64,000 nt of DNA from Cyanophora paradoxa CCMP329 (Eukaryota > Plantae > Glaucophyta), in contig QPMI01000022.1 of the NCBI GenBank assembly GCA_004431415.1, positions 248,001 through 312,000 on the forward strand, in the 5' to 3' direction. Position numbers and translations under genes: made by a program. Of this stretch, positions 51,747 to 64,000 are shown one piece after another (the first letter of the stretch is position 1; every line of letters begins with the position of its first letter). A model generated the notes under the pieces. That model made no database searches. It was not told where the DNA came from and worked only from the letters and a program-made list of their open reading frames with translations.

Positions 51747-53496
51747 ATGGATCTCGGGGCCTATTTGAACTGGCTGTCCTCCACGGAAGGCGAAGCGGCG
51801 GGGAAGACGTCGCCAACCGCATCGCCGCCGTCGTCGCCCCGCGCCCGCTCTGTTTCGCCCTCGAGCTCGGGTCCAGGCCACGACCGGGTACTGAGCACCG
51901 TGAGGCATAAGCCGATCGAGCTGCCGCCGCCCGGTTACCAGCAGAAGCATGCGGCGGCGAAGGCGGCCCGCCACGCAGCGCACGCCAAGGGCCACGCGCA
52001 CAAGACGAGCGACACGGTGCTCGCGGCGATGATGAAGCGATACGAGGCACGCGAGAAGATGACGAAGGTGCCGCCGGACCGCCGGGGGCGAATCGAACCC
52101 CGAGCCGCGCGAGGCTGACCCACGCGGCCCGCGGCAGGCGCTGCACGCGGCGCAGGCGGCGGTGGAGAGCAAGGGGAAGGCGGGGTTGGACGCCGCCGTG
52201 CAGAAGGTGGACGAGGCGGTGTGCGGGCGGGCCGCGAAGGCGGCCGGCAAGTCGGGCGCCAAGGCCAAGCCCGTCGTCGTCAAGGTCGCCACCGCCTGCG
52301 ACGGCCTCCACCTCGTGCGTCAGATCAAATTCGCTTTTGAATTCGAATTCGATCCGATCCGGTCCGGCGGGCGCAGGCGCAGGATACGAAGTCCGTCGCG
52401 GCGGTCGGCGTGGCGCTGGAGGGCATCCGGTCCCTGCTGGGCATCCCCGCCCGGCAGGTCCACTCGGCCGAGAAGGACGCGCACCGGGCAATGCACGCGC
52501 AGAAGACCGCCGAGGCGCGCGCCACCGCCGAGGCCAACATCCAGCTGGTCGGCCTGCCGCTCCCTCCCTTCGAATTCGATCCATGACCGGGCGGCTCGGG
52601 GCGGGGCAGGACGTGGCGGCGATGCGGGCGGCCGGGGGCAAGGGCGCCGCGGCCGAGCAGGCGATGCACGCCCTCCGCGCGCACCTCGTGGAGAAGGCGG
52701 CGCTCTCCGGCCCCGCCGCCTTCGCGCGGGGCAAGGCCGCCCCCCCGGCCGAGCAGAAGGCCGCCCGGGCGGCACTGAAGGCCGCCGTCGCGGGCCACGA
52801 TCTCCCCGGCGTCGAGCGCGCGCTGGACGCTATGCGGGTACGCCTTTTTCGATCTTTTGGGAGAGGCGAAGGCCGACCGGGCGGCAGGTCTCGCTGGGAC
52901 TCGAGCCCGAGCACCCGACGGGCTCCTCCTCCTCCCCCTCCTCGTCGGCCCCCGCCAAGGGCGCCGCCGCCCACGTCCCGGCCTCCTTCTCCTCCTCCAC
53001 GCCCTCCCCCGCCAGCACCGCCCCCCCGCCCGCCAAGCCGGCCGGCGCCGCCGTCTCCGCCGCCCCGAAGGCCGTTTCCGTCGTCGTCCAGGCGCCGGCT
53101 TCCGCTCCGGCCCCGGCGGCGCCTGCCAAGGCCGCCGTTCCGGCCACCGCCCCGGCCGCCGCCCCGTCCCCCTCCTCCTCGGGGACGGTGGTCTTCCTGG
53201 TGCGGCACGAGGGCCCCGCCTCGGGCCCTGCGGCGCCGCCGGCGCCTGCTCCGGCGGGCAAGGTCAGCGTCTCGAAGGTCGACCCGTCGCCCTCGACGAC
53301 GTACCGATTCGCGATCGACAACACCGCCGAGGCCGCCGACGAGCTGGAGGCGGGGGGCGGCGGGGCGCAGGAGGACGGCGGAGACGCCCTCGCCCAGCCC
53401 CCCGACGACGGCGGGGGGTACGGGGCCCTCGCCTCGGGGCCCGCCTCCCTCGCCTGGCACTGGGAGGACGCCGAGGCGCCCTCCTGCTCCTGGTAG
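51747..53496 (+). CDS. Hypothetical Ala/Lys/Pro-rich protein, 5 exons
   Basis: Phase-consistent model MDLGAYLNWLSS..EKMTK|ALHAAQ..GLHL|AQDTK..NIQL|DVAAMR..DAMR|VSLGLE..PSCSW*. No family recognised. Confidence 0.6.
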
Positions 53497-53951
53497 ACGT
53501 AGACCTCTGCCTTTGAATTTCATGGCGGATAGACGTCGACCTTGGAGCTCTTCCTTTAAATTTCACGGCGGACCGAGGCTCGAAAAATATCGAAGCTAAA
53601 GCTCGGGCAAGGGGCGGCACCACGCCGCGCCAGCTTCACCGTCGACGTCGCCATCGGCCGCGGGCGTGCGCGTCTCTGAGATCTTCCAGAAGGGCCGCTT
53701 GTAGCATGACAGCAGACGTTAACGGCACATGCATGTGGCACCGGCGAACAGCGCCGGCGCCCGCGCCGGCTCCGGCGGTGCACGTGAGCGCGGTGACCAA
53801 GCCGCTGAAATCTTGAAGCGGCCCGGCGGGGGCGCAAGCCGCTACACGGTTGAAGCGGGGGCGCAAGCCGCTGAAATCTTGTACCCGTACAGAAGCCGCA
53901 CTTCGTGCTGTTGGGCGGCCCAGGGCTGTGGCGGCTTGCGGCTGCCGCGCC

Positions 53952-56912
53952 ATGTTCAAATCCTTCAGCTTTGGCAAGTCGTCGGCCAAGGAGAAGGAGG
54001 CCGAGGCCCAGCGCGCCCTCAAAGCTCAGCGAAAGCTCGTTGCCAACGACCTGCACCAGGATGGCGAGCAACCAAGCCCCGCCGCACTTGCGCCGCCGCC
54101 CCCCAGCTGGCGCTCTGTTGACCGGGCGCGGCTGCGCAGAGCCGCCAGGGCTGGAAGATCTCCTCGAGGATGCGCTCCTCGAGGCGACGCCGGAGTCCCC
54201 CATGGGCATCATTCAGACGCTGGAGGTGCGCGGGGCGCTATGCTTCTTCTGCTGCTCGCCGTTGAGCGCTCCCGCCCGCAGGTCGCCACCCAGCACGACG
54301 AGCGCCAGACGCTGGAGCTGTTCTCCACAGTAATTCACAACTCCAGCGTGCTGAGGCCGCCGCCCGGGACGAAGGACGTGCAGCCGGGGACCCGCCCGGA
54401 CTCGGAGCGCATCATCGTCGTAAGCCGCCTCACGCTCGGGTCGCCGCGCCGCCTTCTGAGCGCGCGAGCAGGCCTTCCGGGAGGTGCTGCACGGGTTCAT
54501 GACGGAGGAGCAGCCGGATGTGGATCTGGACCACCCGGGCCCCGTCTTCAACCGCGTGATGGAGATCTTCCGCGCCGCGCTGCAGCAGGAGGAGGCACAC
54601 CTGCAGCGCATCGGCCTCGAGGACGTCGAGCTGCTCCGCGAGGAGAGCGAGGAGCGCGACGTGCGCACCGCGCCCCCCGCCGCGCCCCCGCCCCCGCCGC
54701 CGCCGCCTGACGCCGCGGCGCGGCGCGGCACGGCAGAGCGTCGGCGCGCACGACGAGAACTTCGATCAGTCCAGCGCGTTCTTTCTGCACCGCGCCGTGC
54801 GCCTCCTTGCCTCCCTCCCCCCCTTTCCGCCGCGCGGGGCGCGGGCGCGGGCCGAGGCGGGCGGGCGGCGGGGCGCGGCGCAGGTCTGGTTCAACGACGA
54901 GCGGGCGCTGGGCGAGATCCTGTTCAACCCGGAGCCCGACCGCCCGCCCAACGTCAACGAGTACGACCTCCGCGGGAACACGGTCCGCGGCGCCCGCCCC
55001 ACCGCCCCGCCCCGCCCCGCCCCGCCCCGCCCCGCCCCGCCCCGCCCCGCCCCGCCTGTCCGACCGGTCTCGCCGGCCCGCAGCCCCTTCACCTTGCTGT
55101 GCGCCTCGGCAACGCGGCGGCCGTGCGGCTCCTGATCGACCACGGTGCGCCCCCGCCCCCCTCCCCATTCCGCGCCCCCGCGCCCGCGCCAAGTACGACG
55201 ACGCTGACGCTGCGCCTCGCCCGGCGGCGCGCAGGGGCGGACCCGAAGAAGAAGAACGCGCACGGGTGGACGGTTCTGGACGAGGCCGTAGCCACGGGCG
55301 ACCAGGTGCGCCTAGATCGCTCGATACGCGTTAGCGGTACGCGTCGTTCAACGCGCGCTCGCTCGCCCCAGGACGTGGTCACGGCGGTCTACGTCGGCAT
55401 GCAGCGGGCGGCGTGGCAGAAGTGGTGCGAGCGGAAGGAGTACATCATGGCGGCGCTCGAGAAGCTCCCGGACTTCTACATGGAGCTCAAGTGGGAGTTC
55501 GAGTCGGGCTTCATGCCCTTCGTCAACGCCATGGCGCCCTCCGACGTCTACCGCATCTGGAAGAAGCGTAGCAGCGTCCGCATCGACACGACCCTCGTCG
55601 GCTTCGACAACTTCAAGGCCGTCCGCGGCTCGCTCTCGATCCTGTTCATGGGCTCCAACTCGGACTGCCCCGGGGACGTCTTCATTGTGGACCGCGAGGA
55701 GCGGACGATCCTGGACGCCCTCCAGAAGCTGCGGGACCCGTCCCCGGACGAGGTCGTCGACGAGGTCGAGGCGATCATGCGGGCGGATTTGATGCAGGGC
55801 CGCCTCAACGCCAAGGACCTCGCCTTCGAGCCGGCCAAGACGCTGCTGGGCAACCCGAAGGTGGAGGCCGTCGGCCGCTGGCGCAACACGCGCGTCTACG
55901 AGGCGGGCGGGACGTTCACGGTCAAGATCCTGCGCCGCAAGGTCGACGTCAAGTGGCTCGACGCCAAGCGCAAGGCCGAGGAGGCGGAGCGGAAGCGGAG
56001 GGACATGGAGATCCTGAAGGAGAACGAGCGGCGCGACCGGATGCTCCGGGGCATGCCCCCGCTCGAGGAGAACGAGCAGGCGATCGGCTCGACCAAGTGG
56101 AAGCGGTACCCCTTCAAGAAGAACGAGGAGCCGGCGGAGACGGACATCGCGACGCGCAAGGCGGCCGCCGACGCCCTCCGCCGCCGCAAGGCCCTCGAGG
56201 CCGTCGAGAAGCGCCGCGCCGCAGTGCGTCGTCGTACCCCCCCTCGTCTTTTATCCCCCGCCCGAGCCCGAGCCTCGCAGGCGGCGGCGCGGACGACGAC
56301 GGCGGGGGGGGTACCCTTCGCTGGCCCCACGAGGGAGTCGCAGGCGGCGGCGGCGTCCTCCTCCCCCCGGGGCGCGGGCGTATCCCTCCGCAACATGTTC
56401 CCCGGGGCCAACTCGCACAGCAAGCCGGCGGCGGGGCCCTCGGGGGCGGGGGCGGGGGCGGCCGGGCCGAGCCGTGCGGCTGCGCTCTTCGGCGGGCTCC
56501 TCAGGCGCAAGCACGTGGCGGCCAGGCACCTGCGGATCCAGCCGCCGGACTTGCCGGCCTACGAGGACTACTTCGACCCGGTCAAGGCCGCCGAGGCGAC
56601 CGAGGCCATCCGCAAGACCAAGTGCGTCGTCTAGCTGTCTACGCGGATCCGACTGAGCAATCTAATCTAAGCTGATCTAGCTATCCAAACTAATCCAATC
56701 TAACTGAGCAATCTAATGTAGACTGATCTCTAACGTTTTCCTCTAGGGAGAAAGACAGCACGACGACGACCAAGTCGATCTTCAAGTTCGCGAAGGCGGC
56801 GGCGCGGCAGCCGAAGCTCAAGGACGGTACCCCCGACGTCGTCCGCAAGACCGAGTTCAGGAGGAAGGCGCGCTATCCCCCCCCCCCCCTCCCCCGCTCC
56901 CCCCCTCCCCCC

Positions 56913-56947
<35 letters not shown>

Positions 56948-57689
56948 TTCTCCGCACATTTTCTTCCCTCCTCTCCTCGCGCCCTGCCCCACCCCGCCCC
57001 GAGCTCGGCCGCTTCGCTCGACCCCCCTCCGCCCTTTCTTCCCTTCACGCTCCCCTACCCTCCCCCTCCACTTCCCACCCCGCCCCCACGCCCCGCTCCG
57101 CTTACCCTTCCCGCTCTGATCAACGTCCCCGCAGGTCAAGGCGACGGTCTGGCTCTCGGAGGAGTTCGACATCTCCGTACCGGACATCGTGCGCTCTGTA
57201 CCCCCGGCCCCTGCCCCCCCCTTCCCGCTTTAGATGCCCCGAACATCCCCCTCCCTTTTCCTCCCCGCCCCGCCCTAAGACGCTGCGCGTCAGATCCCGG
57301 TGATCGACATCATCGCGTCGACGGCGCCGAACAAGTACATGGGGAAGCTGAAGGACCTCATGGCCCTCAAGTTCCCCGAGGGCCTCTTCCCCGTCCGCAT
57401 CTCCGTACCCCTCATGCTCTCCGTCAGCGGTGAGCTAGCCGTCGTCTCCGGCCTCGCCGATCCACCCGCCCGCCGGCTACTGACTCGCTGTACCCCAGCG
57501 ACGATCACGTTCCAGCGGTTCGAGCGCGTCTCGAACATCGCGGACGAGGTCTTCCTCGTACCCCCCGACTACCGCGCCCGCGTGCCGGGCTCGGCCGAGG
57601 ACCAGATGCTCCAGCACCTCAAGACGCTGCAGACCAAGACGGAGGGCCAGCAGGCCGTCGGCAAGGGCTTCGACTGGATGCACCGCTGA
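53952..57689 (+). CDS. ANKRD13-like protein (ankyrin repeats plus ANKRD13 C-terminal domain)
   Basis: DLRGNT|PLHLAVRLG, GADPKKKNAHGWTVLDEAV, LPDFYMELKWEFES..APSDVYRIWK..VRIDTTLVGF..RGSLSILF, KATVWLSEEF, FPEGLFPVRISVPL, ATITFQRF, FLVPPDY. Confidence 0.88.
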
Positions 57690-57896
57690 GGGCCCGGCCC
57701 GGCCCCCGCGCTCAACCCCTATCCCGCTCCCACCCTTTTCTCCCTCTACCCCTGTACAGTTTGCGCCCCGCCCTCTCGCCCTCTCCAATTTCAAGAACCA
57801 GCCCAGTGCAGCAGCGCCAGCTCCGCGAAGCGACGGGAAGGGAATGGGATAACCGACAAGATCCTGGCGGGAGGGCCGGAGGCCGGCTAGCGCTAG

Positions 57897-59035
57897 CTAG
57901 TGGAATCCGCTGGCAAGGCGCTCTCGGACCTCGCGCCAGTTGGCGACGCGCCGCACGCCCGGCGGCTCGGACTCGCCCGGGGCGCACTTGCCCCACATGT
58001 ACCGCCCCTCCCAGTCGAAGAGGAGCACCTGGCGGCCCGGGCGGGTTCGGCTCGACTCGGATCAAATTCGATCCGGGGCGCGGGACGGCGGACCTCGATC
58101 CCGTGCGCGGCGCACTGCTTGGCGTAGACGAGCGAGTCGTCGATGAGGAGGCGGGCCCCGACGTCCCCGCACATGTCCGGCTTCGAGCGCTTGGCGCCCG
58201 TCAGCCCGTAGTGGTTCCCGAACAGAATGCCCTGCAGGGACCCAGGCCTCAGCGCGGGCGCAAGGAGGAGACGGACGGAGCGGGCGCCGCGCCTTGAAGA
58301 TGCCCGCGTAGTGCCGGGCGAGCCACTGCGCGTCGGGGCGGACGAATCAATTCGCAGCGGAGCGCGGGGACGGGGGCGCGCGCGGGGCGGCGTCTCACCT
58401 CCTTGGTGATCTGCTCGATTGCGCTCTGGCGGGATGTGATGACGACAAAGTCATAGCGGTCCCTAAACTCCTCCAGCACGTCGTGCGCCCCGGGCACCAG
58501 CGCTGCGCCCGCGGCCGCGGCCGGCCGCGCGCCTGGTCATCGCGCGCCGCGACCGCTAGCTGTAGGCTGCGTGCGGCACGCGAGCGCACGGATGTCCTGG
58601 AAGTACTTGCTCTCGAAGAAGGCGTGCACCTTCTCCGTGGCCTCGTCGTTCGTGCCGCCCCAGACCTCGCAGAACGTGTACGAGTGAAAGTCCTGCAGCT
58701 TGAGCTGCGTGTTGTAGGTCGCGTTGTGGAACTCGACGAGGGGCACGACGAACTGCCCGAGCACTGCGCGGAGCTCGAGGCTGTGAGCGCGGCGCTGGGC
58801 GGTACACTAACCATGGCCGCGAGCGCTTCGTATGCACGCTGCAGCTGGGCGAGCTAGCGGCCGCGCGCGGCATCACGCCGGGGCGCAGCGATCAACCTCA
58901 TAAGGCGCTGGAGAGCCCTCGCGCACCTTCGTCGAGATCCACGGCGATGACCGGTTTGCTGAAGTGGGCGCCGGGCCCGAGCAGCGGCGGCGCTCCCGGA
59001 ACCTCCACGCCATGATCAGCAGGCGTCGGGGCCAT
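57897..59035 (-). CDS. HAD-superfamily 5'(3')-deoxyribonucleotidase (NT5C)-like phosphatase
   Basis: KPVIAVDLDE|VL (HAD motif I), VVITSRQ (motif II), KPDMC..LLIDDS (motifs III/IV), RVANWREV. Confidence 0.88.
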
Positions 59036-59384
59036 CTGCGACGTCGACGTCGACGCAGTCCGATAGCCTTCCAAACTGGGTACGCAATATCGGCCTGCCA
59101 GACTGTCATGTACAGGTCGAGATGACTCGGCGATCGGCAGTTAAAAAGCAGTGATCGGCACTAAGCCATCAGCAGTGAGTCGGTTGTGAAGCTGCTAGTT
59201 CTGCGCAGGCGCCGGCTTAGTTCTGACGCGTACGGCGCCGGCTTAGTTCAGCACGATCATGATCGGTTCAGCATCATGATCATGATCAGTCATCATAGCC
59301 TAGTAGCATGCATGCGATAAGCTGATTTCGGAACTTCGGAAGCGAACTCCGCCGCGGCGCCGGCGCGCGCGCGGTGCCGCGATC

Positions 59385-62300
59385 ATGACAGATGCACGCG
59401 GCCGCAGCCATAATCATTCGGAGGAGAGTACAAGTACAGCTGTATGGCCGCCGGAGATCTTTGAGCCCGGCGAAGTGGCGAAGGCAGAGAGGGATGAGCT
59501 CACCTGCGTTATTTGCCATCAAGTCATGCGTGAGCCGGTGTGTTCGTATACGAGAGCGAGATTCTATATAGCTATCGTAGTATGATCCCATGGATGAACG
59601 CGCTCTAATCGAAAGAGATCGGACGCATTCGCAGATGCTCCTTGGTTGTTCGAATCAGCATGCGTTGTGCACGACATGCGCGGAACGGCTCGCGAGAGAG
59701 GCGGGCTACCCGTTCCAGTACGACTACATGAGGGCGCAGCTCAAGTGCCCGGTCGATCGGGAGGTGGTCGACTATGAAGCGTTCGTCTCAGCGGCGTTTA
59801 TCGTTCGCCGTGTAAACGACCTGAGAGTGCAGTACGTCGACGTCTCCAGGCTCCACTATCCGCCCGCGGCCGGCCCCGGCCTGGACGCCTACTGATCGCG
59901 AAGCTTGCGCACGCGCGGTCGCAGCTGCGAATTCAAAAGCAGGTGCTGCTCGTGGACGGGCGACCTGGCCGCTTTCAGGTCGCACGTCGCCGGCTGCTCT
60001 GCTGGGCGGGGGCGCTGCTCCGAGCTCGCGCGCCTTAACGTGCGCCCGGGCCCGGCCCCCTAAGTCTATATATATCGATATCGATTCTGCTGCTGCCGCT
60101 TGTAATATTCAATGATTTAATTGAGCTCATTAACACTGCCGCATGGCTGCAGGCACACGTGGCCGCTTGCAATTGCCCGCGGGTGAAGCGGCCATGCCCC
60201 AACGCCCAGCTCGGCTGCACGAAGATGATCGACTCTAGATCTACACATCGCGAAGCGCTAGCCCACCTACGTGAGCATTATTATCATGTTCTCATGGCAC
60301 GGCACTGCGGCACGGCACGTTCTCATGATCAGATTACTGCAGACTCATGCCTGAAGGAGTTAGCTCAACGGCTGCTGAGCGAGAACGGTAACTATTTATG
60401 TACACTCTATATATATTGATAGCTTTGGCTATAGCTATAGCTACAGATCTGGGCACATGATACGTATGTGTACATCGGGCTGGAGCTCGAGCTATTCTTA
60501 TATTTTACGTTAATTAATTATAACTTCCTATTTCAGAGAAACTTCGAGGGGAGCTGGAGACACAGGGCAAATCGCATCAAGCCGCGAATGCACTTTCACG
60601 AACTGCGTTCATCAAGGAAGAGCAAGCGCGCAAGGGGCACGCACAGGCTGAAGATGCTCTGAGGCGTCAAGTGGCGGAGGTTCCTTTACATTGTCTTCCG
60701 TCCCATGCGTTGCGCACACGTCTTACGCCCCTCGCCGGACAGGCGGCTGCGAAAAACGCTGACGCAGAGCGCCGACTTGAAGAGGTGACTACAGACCGTG
60801 CTATATAGCTACCACACGCCGCGGCGCCGCCGCGGCACTGCCAGGTGCACGTGCCGCCGGGAGCCGATCTCCGACTCCCTTCTCTTCGTGCGGCAGGCGT
60901 CCAAGAAGGAGGCGGACCTGGAGAAACGACTCGCCGAGGTGTCTTGCAAATCGCTTTTTATAGCTTATTATAATTCCGTCCCGCGCTGCCACGTGCAGTC
61001 GGGCATCCTGCGCCGTGCATGCACAATCGCCAGCCGACAAGTGGCGCAGAAAAACGACGAAGCGAAGCGCCGATCGGAAGAGGTGCCTGTGCATGTGTTT
61101 CATGATCCATTCACATTAATTTAACATTGATTTTATATTCCGCGCTCCCGCGCGCCCGGGGCAACGGGGCACCGGGGAGCCGGCGGGCGCCGGTGAGCAC
61201 CTGTTCCTGATCACGACTCCTTCATCTTTGTGCGGCAGGCGTCCAAGAAGGAGGCGGACTTCGGGAAACGACTCGCCGAGGTGCCGGGATTTTTGAGTTG
61301 TATTATATTCTGCCCAGCGCTGCCATCGACATCATAGCATATGCAGTCGCGCACATCGCGCGCATTCGTGTCATTGCAATTGATATTTGCGCTCGCCTCG
61401 CTCGACAGGCGTTGGAGAAAAGAGCGGACGCAGAGCGCCAACTCGTAGAGGTGCACGTGATCATGAACGCCAGGCTGTGCTCAGAATTTACGATCAGCCC
61501 CGTGCTACCACACGAGCACGCCGCGGCATTATCGGCCGCGGATGCTGCGGAGCACCGGTTCCTGACCTCAATTACTGTGTGCGGCAGGCATCAAAGAGAG
61601 AATCAGACCTAAAGAAACGTCTCGCGGATCCGGAGGTGCTTGCAATTGCACTTCAGTTTTACATTGGCATTTTAAGATGAGATATTCTGATTAGAGATCC
61701 ACCCCGCCGGCTCTCAGCTCCTTGTTATTTGCGCTACAGGGATCGAAAAATGAGGCAGACTTGAAGAAACGATTCGCGGAGGTGCCTGAATTTCGGTTTT
61801 CCCCCTCGCTTACATGCGAACGCGCAGTCGCCTTGCGAATTGCAATTGATGCTTGCGCTCCTCACCTGCAGGCGGCGGAGAAAATGGCGGAACTAGACCG
61901 CAGACTGGTAGCTATATATAGATTTGCCTTTAATTAAATTGAAGGGTCACACGTGCACGCTATGGAGTGCCACCAGTTCCTCACCGATATATATTCCTTC
62001 ATGCGGCAGCTGCAGGCGTCCAGAAAGAGGGCAGACCTGAACAGCCGACTCTCCGAGGTGCCTTGCTTTAATTCTAATCTCTATTCCGCCCCGCACCGCC
62101 ATGCATATGTGCAGTCGGGCATCCTGCGCCTTTCAATTTGAGCTGACTTTCGAATTCTTATTTTGTGCAGAATTCGAAGAACGCCGAAGCAGAGCGCCAA
62201 TCGGAAGAGGTGCCTTCATATATGTGTTTGACGATTCATTGACTTTTATATTAATATATTCCACGCTACCGCGCGCCGCGGCGCTCCTTCATCTTTGTGC

Positions 62301-63403
62301 GGCAGGTGTCCGAGAAGGAGGTGCCCGGATTTTGAGTTATTTTAACAATCTGGCCAGCGCTGCGCATGCCATCAAGGCATGTGCAGTAACGCGCATCGCA
62401 CGTGTCGGCATTGATGTTTGCGCCCCGGATTCTGAAGAAGCAAACCCCCGGATTCGCCACTGTGGCCGGGCGGTCGATATCTGGACCACGGGACTCAAGC
62501 AGACACCGACGGTCATCTAGACATGAAAATGCAAGTGCTGCATCTGCATCGATATCCGAGTCTGAGCTCGCCGAATTCGAAGTTGGTTCTAATTCGGCCG
62601 CCGGCGCTCGTGAGGTACTGTTTTTATAGTATACTACTTATTCTAGAACATTACTCTGCGTATACTGAAGAGTTGATCATGACGTCGCATAGTTGCCGGA
62701 CGTCGACGGGTGCCATGGCCGTGGATTGGGGCCGGGCGCATCGATATCCGGTTCACCAACGAAAGAGTCGTCGACATTAGCGTCGACGCATCAACTGTCC
62801 CCGATAACGCACACACCGTCGACGTCGGCAGAGCGTGTTCCCTTCAAGAGCATGAGCAGTTTGAGCACAGACTCCTCTGTATCAGCTTCGCCGATGACGA
62901 TCGCACCATGTAAGCATACGCCCAACGTTGAGGTGAGCTTTCCTGTTTGATTGCCACTGAAGTGAGCTATTCGTTTTTATATCTAACTCCTGATTTCGAA
63001 GGCGATGGCGGCCTCGACTTCTTCAGGGGCGGCGTGGACGTCGATGCAAATGCAACCTAATGATCACATGCATCCCCCCGCGCCAACGTCAGCGATCGCG
63101 AATCGCTGTGATCGGGAGAAGCCGGCTGTGGATTATCAGAAGGCGACAGCAGATCTAGATCTAGAGGAGTGGCCCCGGAAGATCGAAGTCGCTCACTCAC
63201 CGGAAGCAGGCTCGAACGTTCACGGCCCGGCTACACCTCGTCAGCGTGTACTGGGCCCGGCGTTGTTGGGCCCCGCGGCCGCTTCGAATCTCGGTCGGAA
63301 AGCACCAGCTCCAGCTCCAGCTGCAGCCGCAGCTGCATCCATGGACCCCCAGCTTTTGGCAAAGCTAGCCAAGCGAAGGGCGGCAGCAGATCAGCCAAGC
63401 TAG
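59385..63403 (+). CDS. RING finger, TRAF-type Zn fingers and coiled coil; 3' part uncertain and possibly decaying
   Basis: LTCVICHQVMREP|MLLGCSNQHALCTTC..CPVDR; VNDLRV..CEF..CSWTGDL; CPRVKRPCPNAQLGC; then heptad micro-exons. No MATH domain seen. Confidence 0.65.
60743..62320 (+). repeat. Tandem exon-intron repeat of frame-preserving micro-exons, mostly 42 nt
   Basis: Examples: 60743-60784, 60897-60938, 61239-61280, 61409-61450, 61740-61781, 62016-62057. The flanking introns are also mutually similar. Confidence 0.8.
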
Positions 63404-64000
63404 AGATTATATTTATATATATATTCGACTATTCATCATTTGATCATCTGACTGCTATCTGGAAGTTCTTAGAAGAGGTTAACGTTGCTTTGCACTTACG
63501 TATACGTATATTATGAAGCTGAAGTTTTCGAATTTTTTTTGAGAGACTACGGTGGGGCGAACCCCCCGTAGGTAGTGATATTAAACATAGATCTCTCTGA
63601 TTTATTTCATATATATCTGAATGCGATCGCGTATGTACCTACGTATACGTACAGTCGCTCAGCGCTAGCGGCCGCGGGCGCCGAGGCGCATGCGCAGCTC
63701 CGAGATGATCCGCCTGCAGCTGATCATAATCGTGAGCATACATTTGCATATATATGCAGTGGCACGGCGCATAGGTATTAAAAATCTAGTATACGTAATT
63801 CTTTGTATACGTGCACGCATGCGCACGGCGCGGGTAACAGTAGTACAATGAACTATAGTACCTTTTCACCACAGTACCAGGCCAGGCTGGGAAATTGCAA
63901 CTCGGCAAACGCCGCTTACCTTTTGCTGCCAAATTTGACATTTGGGACCTGCGAACTACGGCTGGTCTGAGCTTGGAGAAGCAAAAAAATGCCACTGGAA

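Noticed and set aside
63545-63830. Hairpins resembling Helitron 3' ends (about 63547-63571 and 63786-63825)
   Set aside because: Spacing and the CTRR|T context do not fit, and no 5' end is identifiable.

Overview
Eukaryotic, GC-rich, intron-dense genomic DNA. Two genes start with Phe-containing plastid transit peptides (MAAF.., MAF..), which suggests a glaucophyte such as Cyanophora (inference). I reconstructed about 13 spliced genes by hand: a plastid ACT-domain protein (partial), a plastid GMC flavoprotein, V-ATPase subunit d, a MATH-BTB protein, a secreted LamG/HYR-like protein, a TRANK1-like SF1 helicase apparently fused to a beta-helix/Zn-ribbon/TM tail, an F-box protein, a secreted Kelch-(SP)n-IPT protein, an NPHP3-like DUF4062-NACHT-TPR protein plus two decayed paralogous fragments, an ANKRD13-like protein, an NT5C-like HAD phosphatase, a RING-TRAF-Zn coiled-coil protein and two hypothetical proteins. 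Several MITEs are present (pogo/Tc2-like with TA TSD; hAT-like with an 8-bp TSD). Top observations: (1) the GMC enzyme lacks the canonical GMC catalytic His/Asn and instead carries most active-site residues of fatty acid photodecarboxylase (FAP), with specific substitutions, making it a candidate divergent photoenzyme; (2) a MITE family with one conserved scaffold whose repeated binding word has been swapped at all positions; (3) frequent AG|GC splice donors; (4) introns containing copies of adjacent exon ends; (5) an array of 42-nt coiled-coil micro-exons. All gene models are manual and have no transcript support.
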